A DNA stretch of 64,000 nt from Leucoraja ocellata (taxonomy: Eukaryota): the NCBI GenBank assembly GCA_036785375.1, contig JAWMAR010000090.1, positions 3,224,001-3,288,000 of the forward strand, in the 5' to 3' direction. Of the stretch, positions 1 to 12,855 are shown piece after piece. The notes beneath the pieces are model-generated. The model saw only the letters and a program-made list of their open reading frames with translations, was not told the origin of the DNA and searched no databases. Each line of letters opens with the position of its first letter. Position 1 is the stretch's first letter. The translations under genes were made by a program, and so were the position numbers.

Positions 1-610
1 ACAGAGTTTTAATATATAATAGATATAGATATATATCTCAAGAGAACTGCATTAGATTAGTCAAAAGGATGAAATAAATCCATATTGACTTTGCTCAATT
101 ATTTTATTAATTTCTCTGTATCTTGACATGACATCCCTTAATATAGACTCTAGTTTCTTCAGACTAACCTTGTCGCTAAAATTGCTCACCCTTGGAATCC
201 CTCCAGTAATTTTTTCCTGCAACCTTTCTGTGGCCTTCATGATTTTCTAATGTGCGATGATCAGAATTGGAAACAATACCTCGGCTGTGACCTAATCAGT
301 GTTTTATAAAGGTTCAACATAACCTCCCTGCTTTTGTACTTCATGCCTCTATTAATAGAATCATGGTCCCGTATGTTTTACTAATTCTCTGGTAATGGGA
401 TACGGACGGTAGAAGCATAACCATGTATTACAATGGCATTGTTTTATATGCAAGGGAGGAGGAGACTGACAGGGTATTGGGTATAAGACAAGAAGCAACT
501 TACAAAGCAAGGTTGTTTAATGAAAAGAGGAAAGCTAACCTAAAGCCATGTTGGTTAATTGTTTTATATGTGGCCAGTTCATATCTGACTGTTTAATTGT
601 TATAAGTTAA

Positions 611-785
611 GATAGAAACAAAATGCTGGACTACCTCAGCGGGACAAGCAGCATCTCTGGAGAAAAGGAATGGGTGACGTTTCAGGTCATGGCCCTTCTT
701 AGAAGAGATGCTGCCTGTCCTGCTGAGTTGCTCCAGCATTTTGTGTCAACACTGTGAACCAGCATCAGCAGTTCCTTCCTACATA
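611..785. repeat. Palindromic Penelope pLTR-derived element. Related full or half copies at about 1807, 4745, 5695, 8490, 15065, 26627, 27421, 28690, 29010, 29555, 30803, 39945, 40577, 40950, 45720, 46430, 46960, 51333, 58955, 59275, 61105 and 62108
   Basis: All share agacacaaaatgctggagtaactcagcgggacaggcagcatctctggag or its reverse complement. Confidence 0.75.
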
Positions 786-2869
786 AGTGTCATGTTTCAG
801 TCCATCCATGTTTATTCCTACTGATACCTTCTCGCACAAACCATTTTGCTAATTTGTTATCAAAATACTGTACATTTAAATAACTATTTCTCAGATATAT
901 AATGTCCAAAATCTAAGATTCTTATGTTTTTACTCCCTCAGGCCTCACCCCTACATATCTAACAGCGCTGATCCCCTTGCTTTGACTCCAAATGTTCTTT
1001 TGTGGGGTTGTTTAAGCATTTCTTGTTTTCCTTTGATCCACTGGTGATGGGCAAACCTTTGTCTCCACAGACACCCTATTCTTGAATTTTGACTCCTTTT
1101 ACTGAATTTCTGCAACAGAATGGTTAAACGCAAATTTAAATTTAAATCTGACGCCAGGGATGGGTGAGGGGGAGGTATATCTCCATCTTTTCTTTTCTTT
1201 GCTCCTGCACTTCTTTGGTAGCTTAGGGACCTTTTTCCTGCTCATTTGTATTTTACTTTTTTTTCTTCATTCTTTTCTTTCTTCTTTCATTGCTTTTCTT
1301 TTTTTTTTCTTTTTTCTTTTTTTTTAAATTTAGGTTATAAGGTTAAAAATGAAGCTGTACAATAATTGTATAACTGCTAAGTCGATCATCTCATACGTAC
1401 AATTGCTTCTAATAAAAAAAATTTAAAAAAATGTTCACTTCTCTTTTGCTCTTGGGGGCTATTTTCTCTGATTATTCCTTTTACTACATCCTTGCAGCAT
1501 TTAGCTGCATTAAAACTCTTTGGTGGCTGCTGTTACTAGCACTGTTAAAGGAAATAGGTTAGCATCCCCATTACAACAAAAGCGAGATGTATGTCACGTG
1601 TCGCATTAATTATTAGACCGCTGTGTGGAACATTGATCATGAGGGATTACAGTCTCCAGAACAAACAATGTTGTTGATTAATAATAATCTGTCTTTAGGA
1701 AATAATACTTTTTTAAAAGTTTTGGCCAATAATATACTATCATTGGTTAATAATTTTTCTGCGATTGTAAAATATTCATTCTGGGGCTGAGTTCAAATAA
1801 TCCTCAGATAGACACAAAATGCTGGAGTAACTCAACGGGACAGGCCGCACCTCTGGATAGAAGGAATGGGTGACGTTTCGGGTCAAGAGCCTTCTTCAGA
1901 CTGAGACTATCCAGAGATGCTGCCCGTCCCGCTGAGTTACTCCAGCATTTGGTGTCTATCTCGGTTTAAACATCATCTGCAATTCCTTCCTACACATGAA
2001 ATAGCCCTCAATTCATTATGTATTACATTTTAGTTTGTATGATGTCCAACATAGATATTTCATTTTGTTTGTCATTCAAAGAGCACTGCAGTATACTATA
2101 GCACAGTATGTGCCATGCCTGTTTATATAAGCGCGGCATTACCAGCTTATAATGCACTCTATATCTGAAATGAAGTAGACCAGCTTCAGTGTTGACAGGC
2201 TGTAGAAGGAATGTGAATGTTAATTTTCCTAATGTTTACTGTTTAACAAAGGCCTCTCACCCTCCGGGGTGAAGGTGGTGATTTACTTTAGTTTAGTTTA
2301 TAGATACAGCACAGAATCAGGCCCCATTGCCCACTGAGTCCGCACCGACCAGTGATCCCCACACATTAACTCTATCCTACACACACTAGGGACAATTTAC
2401 ACTTATACCAAGCCAATTAACCTACAGACCTGTACATCTTTGGAGTGCGGGAGGAAACTGGAGATCTCAGAGAAAACCCACGCATTCACGGGGAGAACGT
2501 ACAAACTCCGTACAGACAGCACCCATAGTCGGGATCGAACCCGGGCTGTAAGGCGGAAACTCTACCGCTGCACCACCTACTTCCAATTTTATTTAAAAAA
2601 AATTCTAAGCAACACAATTTCTGCGAACTGTATTAAAAATAACATTCAGTTAGGTTATAGATGTAGCTTGAAACAGTATTTGTCACAATAACAAGAGATT
2701 AGTTGTTTTCTCATGAATAAACTCATGAACTCACATGTACATGCATATGGCTCGCATCAATTTAAATCTCCCCTCAGCTTCTTCTTTTATGAAGGAAACA
2801 ATTCTACCCTAGCTGAACTTTCCGCAGATCTAACATTTTCCAAAATCAAAACATTGAATTGCTATAAGG

Positions 2870-3415
2870 GCTTGGTCAGCTAGTGTAGAAAGTAAAACCA
2901 GTGAACTTTTCAGGTGGAACCTCTTCCTCAGAACTGTGTGAAGAGTGTAGGATCTACAGCTTTCAAAACCCAGCTTGGGGTTGGAGCCACAGACTATATA
3001 GAGAGAGGTTGAGACAGATGAGGCAATGTGGAGTATGATACTGACTTTTACAATAGGTAGCACAGGATCACGTCTGTAGACTGAGTGAAGGTGTTCAATA
3101 GAGAATAACCCAGTAACCCCATCTGCCTTTGGTTTCCACAGTCTAGATGAGGGAAATCATGAACACTAGGTGCAGTAGATTAGATTGAAAGAGGTGCTGG
3201 TGAATGGCTGTTTTGAACTGGGAAGACAGTTTGTGTCCATGAATGGTGGGAATGGAAGAGGTGAATGGACATGTGTTGCATGGGACGGTGCTGTGTGATG
3301 GGCTACAGTGAGTGGCGATGGAATAGTGGACCTGGGAGTCCTGAAGTGAACAGTTCCTGCTAAACACAGAAAGAGGAGGAGGGGAAGATATGAATGTTGG
3401 CAGGATCACATAAAA
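2870..3415 (-). mobile_element. Old degenerate Penelope-like GIY-YIG remnant
   Basis: Minus strand gives broken TSFNLIYCT..ETKGR..IEHLHSV..DPVLPI motifs. A degenerate ctgaggaagaggttccacctgaaaag hammerhead-like motif lies near 2905-2932. Confidence 0.55.
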
Positions 3416-3555
3416 ACAGCTTTTTTCCACGAGTTGTAGCTCTACTCATTAACCAAAAACCTGTCGCCTCCTTTTGCTCTTGTATTTTATTTCATTCACA
3501 TCTTTAATCAATAATGTTTTATTATTAATGTTTAATGTTTATGTGTCATTCCTAA

Positions 3556-4652
3556 AGGGGGCTGTCCCACTGCGGTGACCTAATCTGTGAGTTTATAAGA
3601 GTTTGCCCTCGATGCAAACTCGCAGCATGGTCGACACGTGGTCCTAGGAGGTCCTTTGGGAGCACTGGAACACTCCTTCATGCTCGAGGGAAGTTCCCGT
3701 ATATTCGCGGCCTCAGTTTGGTCGAGGAAAATTTTACAGCATGTTGAAAAAATTTCCGCGAGTAAAAATTGTTCGGCATGGTTCTTTTGAACTCGTAGCG
3801 CAGTGGAGTGGGGTCGCTATGTAGTTATAGGCAGTTGAGGGCAGCCGTAGGCAATCTCCTTCGCTGACCGGGCATTTTAATTGGCTCATTGGAGTATTCA
3901 GGACCAAGGAAAAAATGTAAAATGCCCGCAAAACTTTATTATAAGTTGTCTGGCTTCTTAAATGTTTCTCCACTCCTCCTCCCCCCCCCCCTTCTCCCCC
4001 CCTTCTCCCCCCTTCTCCCCCCCCTTTCTCCTCCCTTCTCTCCCATTCTCTCTCCTTCTCTCCCCTCTCCCGTTCTCTTCCCCCCCACCCCCCCTTCTCT
4101 CTAAAGAACTTACCGTACACTGTGCAGCCGTCTTTTACCTTCCTCTTCATCGTGGGTGTGAATTTCAGACAGCGCTCCCCCACTTTCCCTGGCCCCCGCC
4201 TTTGCGATGTGTTTGTGTGTGTATGTGTGCGTGCGATCGGTCAATCCAGCACACGGTTTCAACGCTAACGGTCGATCCAGCTTAGGCTATTTTCTAGCGA
4301 CTGCCGGCTATTGTCATAGTCGTAGCAGGCCGCCTAAAAAACGGTGACTGGAAGCCCCTTCGACGTAAAATTTGAAATAGAATCATTACTTTAACAACAA
4401 AAAAAACCCAAAGTCAGCACCGGCGCCAACCTACGTCACCTGGTGACAACTATGACAGCACCTATGTCAGGAGAAGTCAAGCTACGCTCATTGGCGTCAA
4501 AACCACTGTCTCCGAAAAATTTTCAACAAAATCCAGCGGTGATCAGAAAGACGCAACGACTCTTTGGGCAACTGAGGAGACTCACATCCATACAGGCGAC
4601 ACCCCGGCAACCATGTAGTCGCCTAAAAAATTGCCTAAGTGGGACCGGCCCT
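3556..4652. mobile_element. Larger PIF/Harbinger-type non-autonomous element
   Basis: Termini AGGGGGCTGTCCCACT ... AGTGGGACCGGCCCT with TAA/TTA flanks (one mismatch). The interior is CpG-rich with a C/T low-complexity tract at 3968-4102. Confidence 0.65.
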
Positions 4653-6844
4653 TTACTACATCCCCAATCATTAACCAGCCAAACACAATATGTAGTGGGG
4701 GAATAGTCCTGAGTGTTCCTGGATGACAAGCATCTCTGGGCAGCTTGAAGAAGGGTCTCGACCCGAAACGTCACCCATTCCTTCTCTCCAGAGATGCTGC
4801 CTGTTGATGCTGAGTTACTCCAGCATTTTGTGTCTTTCTTCGATTTAAACCAGCATGTGCAGTTCATTCCTACACATCTCTGGGCAGTTATTGTCTTGGT
4901 GCAATGTCTTTCCTGATCAAATAGTTGAGACCTGGCTCCATCAAAGCGGTTGATCCAATATTTTTTTACACAACAGACATTAATGCATTGTGCAATAAAA
5001 CTGCTGATAAAACCACAAGCTCTCTGAGTATAGGAAAGGCCAAAGTCACAGAACATGAGGAACAGTGCTGTTATATATCCAGAATGGACTAATTCCCAGC
5101 CTCAGCCGGGATAAACAAAGGTCATATAGCCAAATATCAAGCTTGATCAGGCTAAGTGCTGCATTAATCCAAGTAATCAATTTAGCAGAAAGTATGTTAC
5201 AGCACATAATCCAGTTATAGAGTGAAATAACCTTGTGATAAAGTCTTACACATTTTACATTTTACAATTGAGAGAGCGTAACAAATAGATTCTTCATACC
5301 CAAATCTGTGCCATGGGGCTGTTGAGAGGTATCTCTTTGTACAGTGTCGAGTGTGCGGTTGGGTTAGAGAGGATGTGACCTCTTGTACTTTCTAGCGATG
5401 GAACCTTCTGATTTGGGACAGGAGCTTGTTGTCAAGCTGGCAGATTCAACAGGCTTAAACCGGACTCTGAACGAACTGTAAGTTCTCCTGGCTGGCCTCT
5501 CAGCATGGCTGCAGAGGGACATTGAAACCTAACTTGAGCCAACTTTGTTAAATAAGTCCTTTGAAGACTTAAACTCGCAAAGTGTGTGCCAGTCTTTGAT
5601 CCAGAAACATTTACTATTATGCAGTAGGGTTGCTGTCCCTGACCGATCCTTGACTCTCTCTTTACATATTATTACCCTCAGCCCAGAGCATCCCCAAGAA
5701 GGGTCTCGACCCGAAACGTCACCCATTCCTTCTCTCAGAGATGCTGCCTGTCTCGCTGAGTTACGCCAGCTTTTCCTGTCCATCTTCGGTTTAAACCATC
5801 ATCTGCAGTTCCTTCCTACACATCGCTCAGAGCTGTTGCCAGCAAACCCTTTTATTTTTCTGGTGGAAGCAGGTACAACGATGGGTGCAGGGTCAGGCAG
5901 CACAGTCGGAATATACATATACAGCCTAGGACCTAATTTTAAGCCAACGTTGGATCTTGTTAGCTCCAAATATTCTGACCACTCTTCTATAGTATCTCGT
6001 CAGCTACAAAGTATTTTGAGATGTCAAGAAAGTAAACTGCTGCTAGAATGTCTTTTAGCGCTGTGACTCAAAGAACCAGGCAGCATGAAAACGGGCCATT
6101 CTGCCCAATTCATTCACGTCAACCAGTGGGAGCTCTTCCTGATTAGCCCCATTGCCAAGCACGTAGCTCTCTATGTATGAGTAATTCAAGTGTTCATCTG
6201 GATAGAAACATAGAAACATAGAAAATAGGTGCAGGAGTAGGCCATTCGGCCCTTCGAGCCTGCACCGCCATTCAATATGATCATGGCTAATCATTCAACT
6301 CAGTACCCTGTACTTGCCTTCTCTCCATATCCCCTGATCCCTTTAGCCGCAAGGGCCACATCTAACTCCCTCTTAAATACAGCCAATGAACTGGCCTCAA
6401 CTACCTTCTGTGGCAGAGAATTCCAGAGATTCATCACTCTCTGTGTGAAAAATGTTTTCCTCATCTCGGTCCTAAAAGATTTCCCCCTTATCCTTCCTTA
6501 AAGGGGGGTACTTCCTTAATGCTGACAGTCACCCAGGTACCCAGTCTCAGTTTAGAGATACGGGGCGGAAACAGGCCCTTCGGCCCACCGAGTCCGCATT
6601 GACCAACAATCACCCCGTACCCGAACACGATCCTACACACTAGAGACAATTTACAATTCTTACTGACGCCAATTAAGCTACAAACCTGCACATCTTTGAA
6701 ATGTGGGAAGAAACTAGAGCACCTGGAGAAAACCCACATGGTCACGGGGAAAGCGTATATACAGCACCCATAGTCATGATCGAACTTGAGTCTCTGATGC
6801 TGTAAGGCAGCAACTCTACCGCTGCGCCACCGTGCCGCCCCTAC

Positions 6845-7115
6845 TCTGAATCTCCTCCCCTTACCCTAAGTCTATGTCCCCTAGTTTTACCTGCCTGTGA
6901 TAGTGGGAAAAGGTTTCTGCAGTCTACCTTTACCAAAGCCCTCATAATTTGATATTAACAACATGTCATTTACAAACTTGCTAATCTTGCCCCCCGCGTC
7001 CACATTCACCGCCAAATCATTCACATGTAATACAGACGGGTCCTTGCACTGATCCCTGTGGGACACCACCAGTCACAGGCATCCAATTACAAAAACAACC
7101 CTCTGCCATCACACC
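6845..7115 (-). mobile_element. Degenerate CR1 RT fragment. Other short CR1 pieces at about 170-370(-), 8100-8318(-), 13705-13980(-), 61860-62070(-)
   Basis: Minus strand PVTGGVPQGSVQGP..VNDL..ISKFVND. Confidence 0.65.
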
Positions 7116-8912
7116 CTCTCTCTCTCTCCCTGTGGTGTTTAAATAACACCACTCACTCCTGAGTTATATCCTGCTTGGTGGTAATGCTTTTAACCAGCCG
7201 TGGCTCTCATTTCTGTCGAGCCATCTTCTGTTTTAAACTCAACACTGAGACAGAGCTCGGGTTTGAAGTCAAGAGGGACAGTGGTCACAAGGCTGGAGGA
7301 GGAGAGCATTAGGATACTTGTCAGAAGCAGTTATAGGGAACACACTGGTTCAATGTTGCTGGCCTCACCATCTCTACCCCTCTCAGAGTAGTTGATGGCA
7401 GGCGAGGCATTCAAATAGGATTCTAATCTATCATGTAAAAACAGTCTAATCTCCGACTGCATTCATCCTGAGGGTCAGCCATGACTTCATTGTGGAATAT
7501 GATCAGACAATGGCCATATTTGGTGCATTTGGGCCCTGCTGGTCTTATAACACTAATTTATGCTTGAAACAATTTCAGAGCAATCTGTTCAGTGGTAAGC
7601 CAGTTGATAAAGAAATGCTGCAGGCTGCAGGCTCGACTTTCACTGCACAACACTAGTGCGGGATGATGTTAAAGCTGCCAGGTCTCCTGCAGCTTGTGCT
7701 TCCTGTTTTCTGGCGAGGGGAAAGAGACAGAAATGGCTGCTTGTGCCGACGGCAAAGGCAGTGGTGCCGGGGGCTGTGCGCCCGTGGTCTCTGGCAGGCG
7801 ACGTGCCAGTCCCTTGCCATCTTGCGAGCCGCACCAACCTGCTGTGGTTCCTGGGCACTGCCACGTTGTAGCTACTCCAGGCTGTGATGGACGTGGGCTG
7901 CATTTGCTGAAATTTATACATTTCTTTTATTTTATTATTTTTTTGTGGAAGAGGCAGGACTGGGGTCTGACTGTGTGTGCGGTGGGTATCGATCCAGTGA
8001 AACGACTTGCCATCTGTCATCTGTCTTGTATTGCAACAGTGGCGGCTCCAGCATTACAATACCCCCTTCAACTTCCAATGAGACCTGGTTCCAAGGAAAT
8101 GAAACATTGAAACATAGGTACAGGAGTAGGCCATTCGGCCCTTTGAGCCAGCACTGCCATTCAATATAATCATGGCTGATCATCTAAAATCAGCACCCCG
8201 TTCTTGCTTTTCCCCCATATCCCTTGATTCCTTTAGCCCTAAAAGCCAAATCCACCTCTCTCTTGAAAGCATTCAGTGAATTGGAATCCACTGCCTTCTG
8301 TGACAGAGAATTCCATACCTGTGGCAGAGACAAGATTGTTTAGGTGATGTAAACCCAAGAAAATGTGTTGAGACTCTGATATTGTAAAATGTCTGGTGAT
8401 GCCGTGGTATAAACATTATCTATATGTAAGCTCTGGCTTGGCAGTGACTGAAGAACTAAATATCAAGATAGGAACAGAAGGAGATCATTTAAGAAGGGTC
8501 TCGACCCAAAACTTCATCCATTCCTTCTCTCCAGAGATGCTGCCTGTCCCACTGAGTTACTCCAGCTTTTTGTGTCAATCTAAGGTTTAAACCAGCACGA
8601 AATTGAATGGCGGTGCTGGCTCAAAGGGCCGAATGGCCTCCTCCTGCACCTATTGTCTATTGTCTATTGTCTATTGCAGTTCCTTCTTACAAAGGAGATG
8701 ATGTAGAGTCAGTCCCTAGAAAGTGTCCCGCTATGCAATGAGGTCATCGCTAGCCCGGACCAGTCTCCATAGATCTATACATATCCCATGCTTTATCAAT
8801 AATCTATCAACCTAAAATATGATTAAACATCCCAACAGCATTAATTAACATATTCCAACTTTGCATAACTGTTTCGTAACTTCACTTCCAAAATCTCGGG
8901 CTATAATATTTA

Positions 8913-9148
8913 AGGGCCTGTCCCACTTGGTGATTTTTTTTGGCGATTGTCGGCACCATTGACTGACGTATCAGGTCACCAAAAAAGTCGCGGCGTGACG
9001 ATGCATCGACGCGCGGTATCTCCTCAAGTGTCGCAACATTTTTTTTGTCGCCGCTGGAATTTGAAATGTTCAAAATCTTTCAGCAACCTGACACGTCCGT
9101 CAATGATGCTGGCAGTCGCCGAAAACATCGGCAAGTGGGACAGGCCCT
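8913..9148. mobile_element. PIF/Harbinger-type MITE
   Basis: TIRs AGGGCCTGTCCCACTTG / CAAGTGGGACAGGCCCT with a TTA target duplication on both sides. Confidence 0.8.
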
Positions 9149-11312
9149 TTAGGCTTGCCGTCTATATAACATTTCTTATAACATGTGACTTTTGACTGCA
9201 ATATCGTGGTTGACTCAATACTGTCTTTTGAAATGGCCTCGCAAACCACTCAGTTCCAGTGCAATTAGAGAAGGCCAATAAATGCCATTCACATCCTGCG
9301 ATTGAATAAGCACACTTTATTCTTCAAATGCCTTCCTTCCCAACTGCAGCAGCCTAAATCGTTCCACCCAGCTGCGAGCTAGAGGATGCATTCAAAAAGC
9401 ATCTGTGAAGTTCAGACACCGTGAAAATTAATTGAGTGAGTAACATTGGCACACAATTATAAAGAGGCAACAGCTCCCATTGCCTGTGGTTCCATGGTCA
9501 AATTCCTAGAACTCTCCACAAAAAGCAGTTTTGGTCTTGATAAATATGCTATAGTAAGGGGCAGGACCAGCACCGACATTGCAGATGGCACAGTGGCAGA
9601 GCTGGTAGAGTTGCTGTCTCACTGCGCCAGAGACCTGGGTTCCATCCGATTTGTACGTTCTCCCTGTGACCGTGTGGGTTTCCTCCGGGTGTTTCGGTAT
9701 CCTTCCACATCGCAAAGACGCCCAGGTTTGTCAGTTAATGTGGCCCTAATCTGTGGGCAGTGGATGAAAACGTGGGATAACATAGAACTAGTGTGAACGG
9801 GTGATCGGTGATCGGCATGGACTCGGTGGGCCGAAGGGCTTGTTCCTATGCTGTATCTCTAAACTAAACCAAACTTAACTAAACTAAACTAAACTTCTCA
9901 AGGTGATCAGGAATTGGGCAATAACTACTGTCAGGGTTCTTCCATTGCTGCCAGAACACTCAGTGTATTTACTCTTATTTGAGATTCTGATCTTGGTTTA
10001 TTTTCTTGTTCATTTCATATTTATATTGTGAACAATCAGAATATTGTTGAGGGGCGGCATAGCTTCACAGCGGTAGAGGTACTGCCTTGCAGCGTCAGAG
10101 TACTAGGCTTAATCCTGACTATGGGTGCTGTCTGTACGGAGTTTGTATGTTCTCCCCGTGACCTGCGTGGGTTTTCTCCAGGATCTCCGGTTTCCTCCCA
10201 CATTCCAAGGACGTACAGGTCTGTAGGTTAATTGGCTTCGGTAGAAAATAGTAAATTGTCCCTTGTGTGTTGGATAGCATTAGTGTACAGGGATTGCTGG
10301 TTGGGGGCTAAAGGGACTTTTTCCGTGCTATATCTCTAAACTAAACTAAAAAAATAACATGCAAGTGATGCTTAACTTCTTTGCGTTGGTATGATCATTT
10401 TCTAATATCAGATCGGGTGTTCAGCCTTATCTGGAGGCTTAAAATTTTGAATACCCTGAATTGCATGGTATAATTTTTAACCATGCCCTGGAAACAACTG
10501 GCTGAATTTGAGCAGTTGTACGAAATTCTGGGACTCCACTGATAATTGAATTTGCTCACAGTTATCTACACACTACCGCCTTGACATCATTGTGAAACTG
10601 TTATCTTTTTCTCCTTCTTCAGTTTTACCTTCTTACATAGAGACAAGCTGTATCACAGAAACACCGCTGATATATTTATTTAATATCACCTTCCCTTGGT
10701 ACCCACATGATGTTTATGCAGAGAATATTAAAGGCAGCATCTCCAGCTGATCAAACTGTTAAGCTAATGGAATTCTAGCGTTGATCCGGTGAGATGTAAA
10801 GGCAAAACCAATGATTTAATGATGAACCCATGCAAAACTGGAATGAGACCTCAGAGTATTGTGTTCAACATTGTTCTGCACGATCAGGATCTTGAAGCCT
10901 GAGGGCGGGGGCAATGTGAGGTCACTGCCAAGCTGGACGGAATGAGGATATGTAAATAAGAAGAGAGGTGTGAAATGTGGACTGTGCTTGTGAGAACAGA
11001 GTAGATTACAAAGTGTGGTGAAGTTGAAGGTGAAGGTGAGACAAGGTAGATACAACATAGCATACAATAGTTTCTATTTCTGGGAGAAGAGGGTTCAAGA
11101 TTAAAAGATTAAAGAACGAGGATTGAATGGAAGAGTTATCAAGACTGGGAGGAAATGGTCGACTGGGAGAGTTGCAAATGTTTTGGATTGTATTTCCACC
11201 CAGTTCCAGTTCAACCCAAGCTATCTTACCATGAAGGATTAGCTTGGGCTGGTGGATGGGGAAAAACTATTTCAAGGGGTATAGATATAGTGTGTAGTTG
11301 GAATTAGTAGTT

Positions 11313-11683
11313 CATAGAAACGTAGAAACATAGAAATTAGGTGCAGGAGTAGGCCATTCGGCCCTTCGAGCCTGCACCGCCATTCAATACGATCATGGCT
11401 GATCATCCAACTCAGTATCCCGTACCTGCCTTCTCTCCATACCCTCTGATCCCCTTAGCCACAAGGGCCACATCTAACTCCCTCTTAAATATAGCCAATG
11501 AACTGGCCTCAACTACCCTCTGTGGCAGAGAGTTCCAGAGATTCACCACTCTCTGTGTGAAAAAAGTTTTTCTCATCTCGGTTTTAAAGGACTTCCCCCT
11601 CATCCTTAAGCTGTGAGCCCTTGTCCTGGACTTCCCTAACATCGGGAACAATCTTCCTGCATCTAGCCTGTCCAACCCCTTAA
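11313..11683 (-). mobile_element. Young CR1 3' end. Same family at 6203-6495(-), 26416-26626(+), 30976-31372(+), 36477-36555(+), 61625-61832(+)
   Basis: Near-identical reverse complement of 18540-18905. Confidence 0.9.
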
Positions 11684-11826
11684 GTTCACATGGAAGATCT
11701 ACGCCAACGTAGTATTTTTGGGATGCATGCTCTCTACTTCTGATTGACCTTTTTACATGTATGTGTATTTTGACTATGCTGACGTATTGACTTGTGATCT
11801 TGATTTGCCTACAGCGAATTTGAGAA

Positions 11827-12525
11827 ATGTCTACACATAGCTCCAGTGACATCAAGCCTCCCTGCATGCCTAGGAACGGACTAGTCAAGATCCCGGCCCA
11901 GTCCAATGGATTAGGCTCCGCCAGTATCACCAAAGGAACCCCAGCCGCTAAAAACCGTCTGTGCCAATCGTCCTCCATCCCAACGTCACCTCCTCCACCT
12001 CCACCGAACTACAGTGACCTGGTGACTGTGGCCCAGGTGCCATCAGCCTCTCTGTGTGCAGTGACAGACTCCATACCACTGCTGGAATCCAACTCTGACG
12101 AGATCTTGCCAAGTACATGCCAGTCGTCAGGGTCCAAAAGAAAACTCTCAATCACTTCGATGGAAGGACAATTGCCTATTTTGGACGAGAAGATCCTCAA
12201 CCGACTCTTCTGGTACTTTTCCTCTTGCGAGAGATGCATTTTGGCACAAGTGTGTAAAGTATGGAGAAAGCTGTTGTACCAGGACAAGTTCTGGGAAGGC
12301 ATCACTCCCATTCTCCATGCAAAGGAGTTGTACAATATACTTCTCAATGGGGAAAAGGAATTTGTCAATCTGCAAGGATTTGCCATTCGGGGTTTTGATT
12401 CCTTCTGCCTGATTGGAGTGTCGGATCTGGACATTTGTGAATTCATAGACAACTATCCTCTGTCCAAGAAAGGCGTGAGGTCTGTGAGCTTGAAACGATC
12501 AACCATCACAGATGCAGGACTTGAG
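11827..12525 (+). CDS. FBXL16: F-box and leucine-rich repeat protein 16, first coding exon (233 codons; exon 11815-12525)
   Basis: Translation [74 protein letters not shown] matches vertebrate FBXL16. Acceptor ttgatttgcctacag ends at 11814. An in-frame TGA (11821-11823) lies upstream of the ATG. Donor GAG|gtgaga at 12525/12526 is phase 0. Confidence 0.95.
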
Positions 12526-12630
12526 GTGAGATACCACTCTCTACATTATTATTTGTATTGACTCCTACTTACTTTGTGGTCCTGTTAACCCTTACAATCT
12601 CAAGTGGCCAGACAATGCTTTTCGTCGACA

Positions 12631-12855
12631 ATAGACACCAAATGCCCGAGTAACTAATCGGGTCAGGCAGCATCTCTGGAGATAAGGAATAGGTGACGTT
12701 TCGGGTCGAGACCCTTCCCCAGTCTGAGGAAGCATCTTGACCCGAAATGCCACCCTTTTCTTTTCTCTCGAAGATGCTGCCTGACGCTCTGAGTTACTCC
12801 AGCATCTTGTGTCCACCTTCAGTGTAAACCACCATCTGCAGCTCCATCCTACACA
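12631..12855. repeat. Palindromic Penelope pLTR-derived element (two inverted hammerhead-bearing arms)
   Basis: The left arm gagtaactaatcgggtcaggcagcatctctggag..gacgtttcgggtcgagaccc is the reverse complement of the right arm. It starts about 105 bp after the FBXL16 donor. Confidence 0.75.

Noticed and set aside
1145-1430. T-rich segment ending in aataaa plus an A run
   Set aside because: Could be an L1-type 3'UTR, but I found no coding remnant or TSD to support a call.
3734-4285. Gly/Glu-rich and Pro-rich ORFs
   Set aside because: Translations of a C/T low-complexity tract inside a MITE.
5545-6066. 173-aa ORF
   Set aside because: Starts at TTG, crosses a pLTR repeat and has no recognisable domain.
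11412-11978. 188-aa antisense ORF
   Set aside because: Chance fusion of the FBXL16 antisense strand, intron and a CR1 ORF2 tail.
12526-12561. Last 11 codons of ORF 11827-12561 ([11 protein letters not shown])
   Set aside because: Read-through past the GAG|gtgag splice donor; similarity to FBXL16 stops at AGLE.
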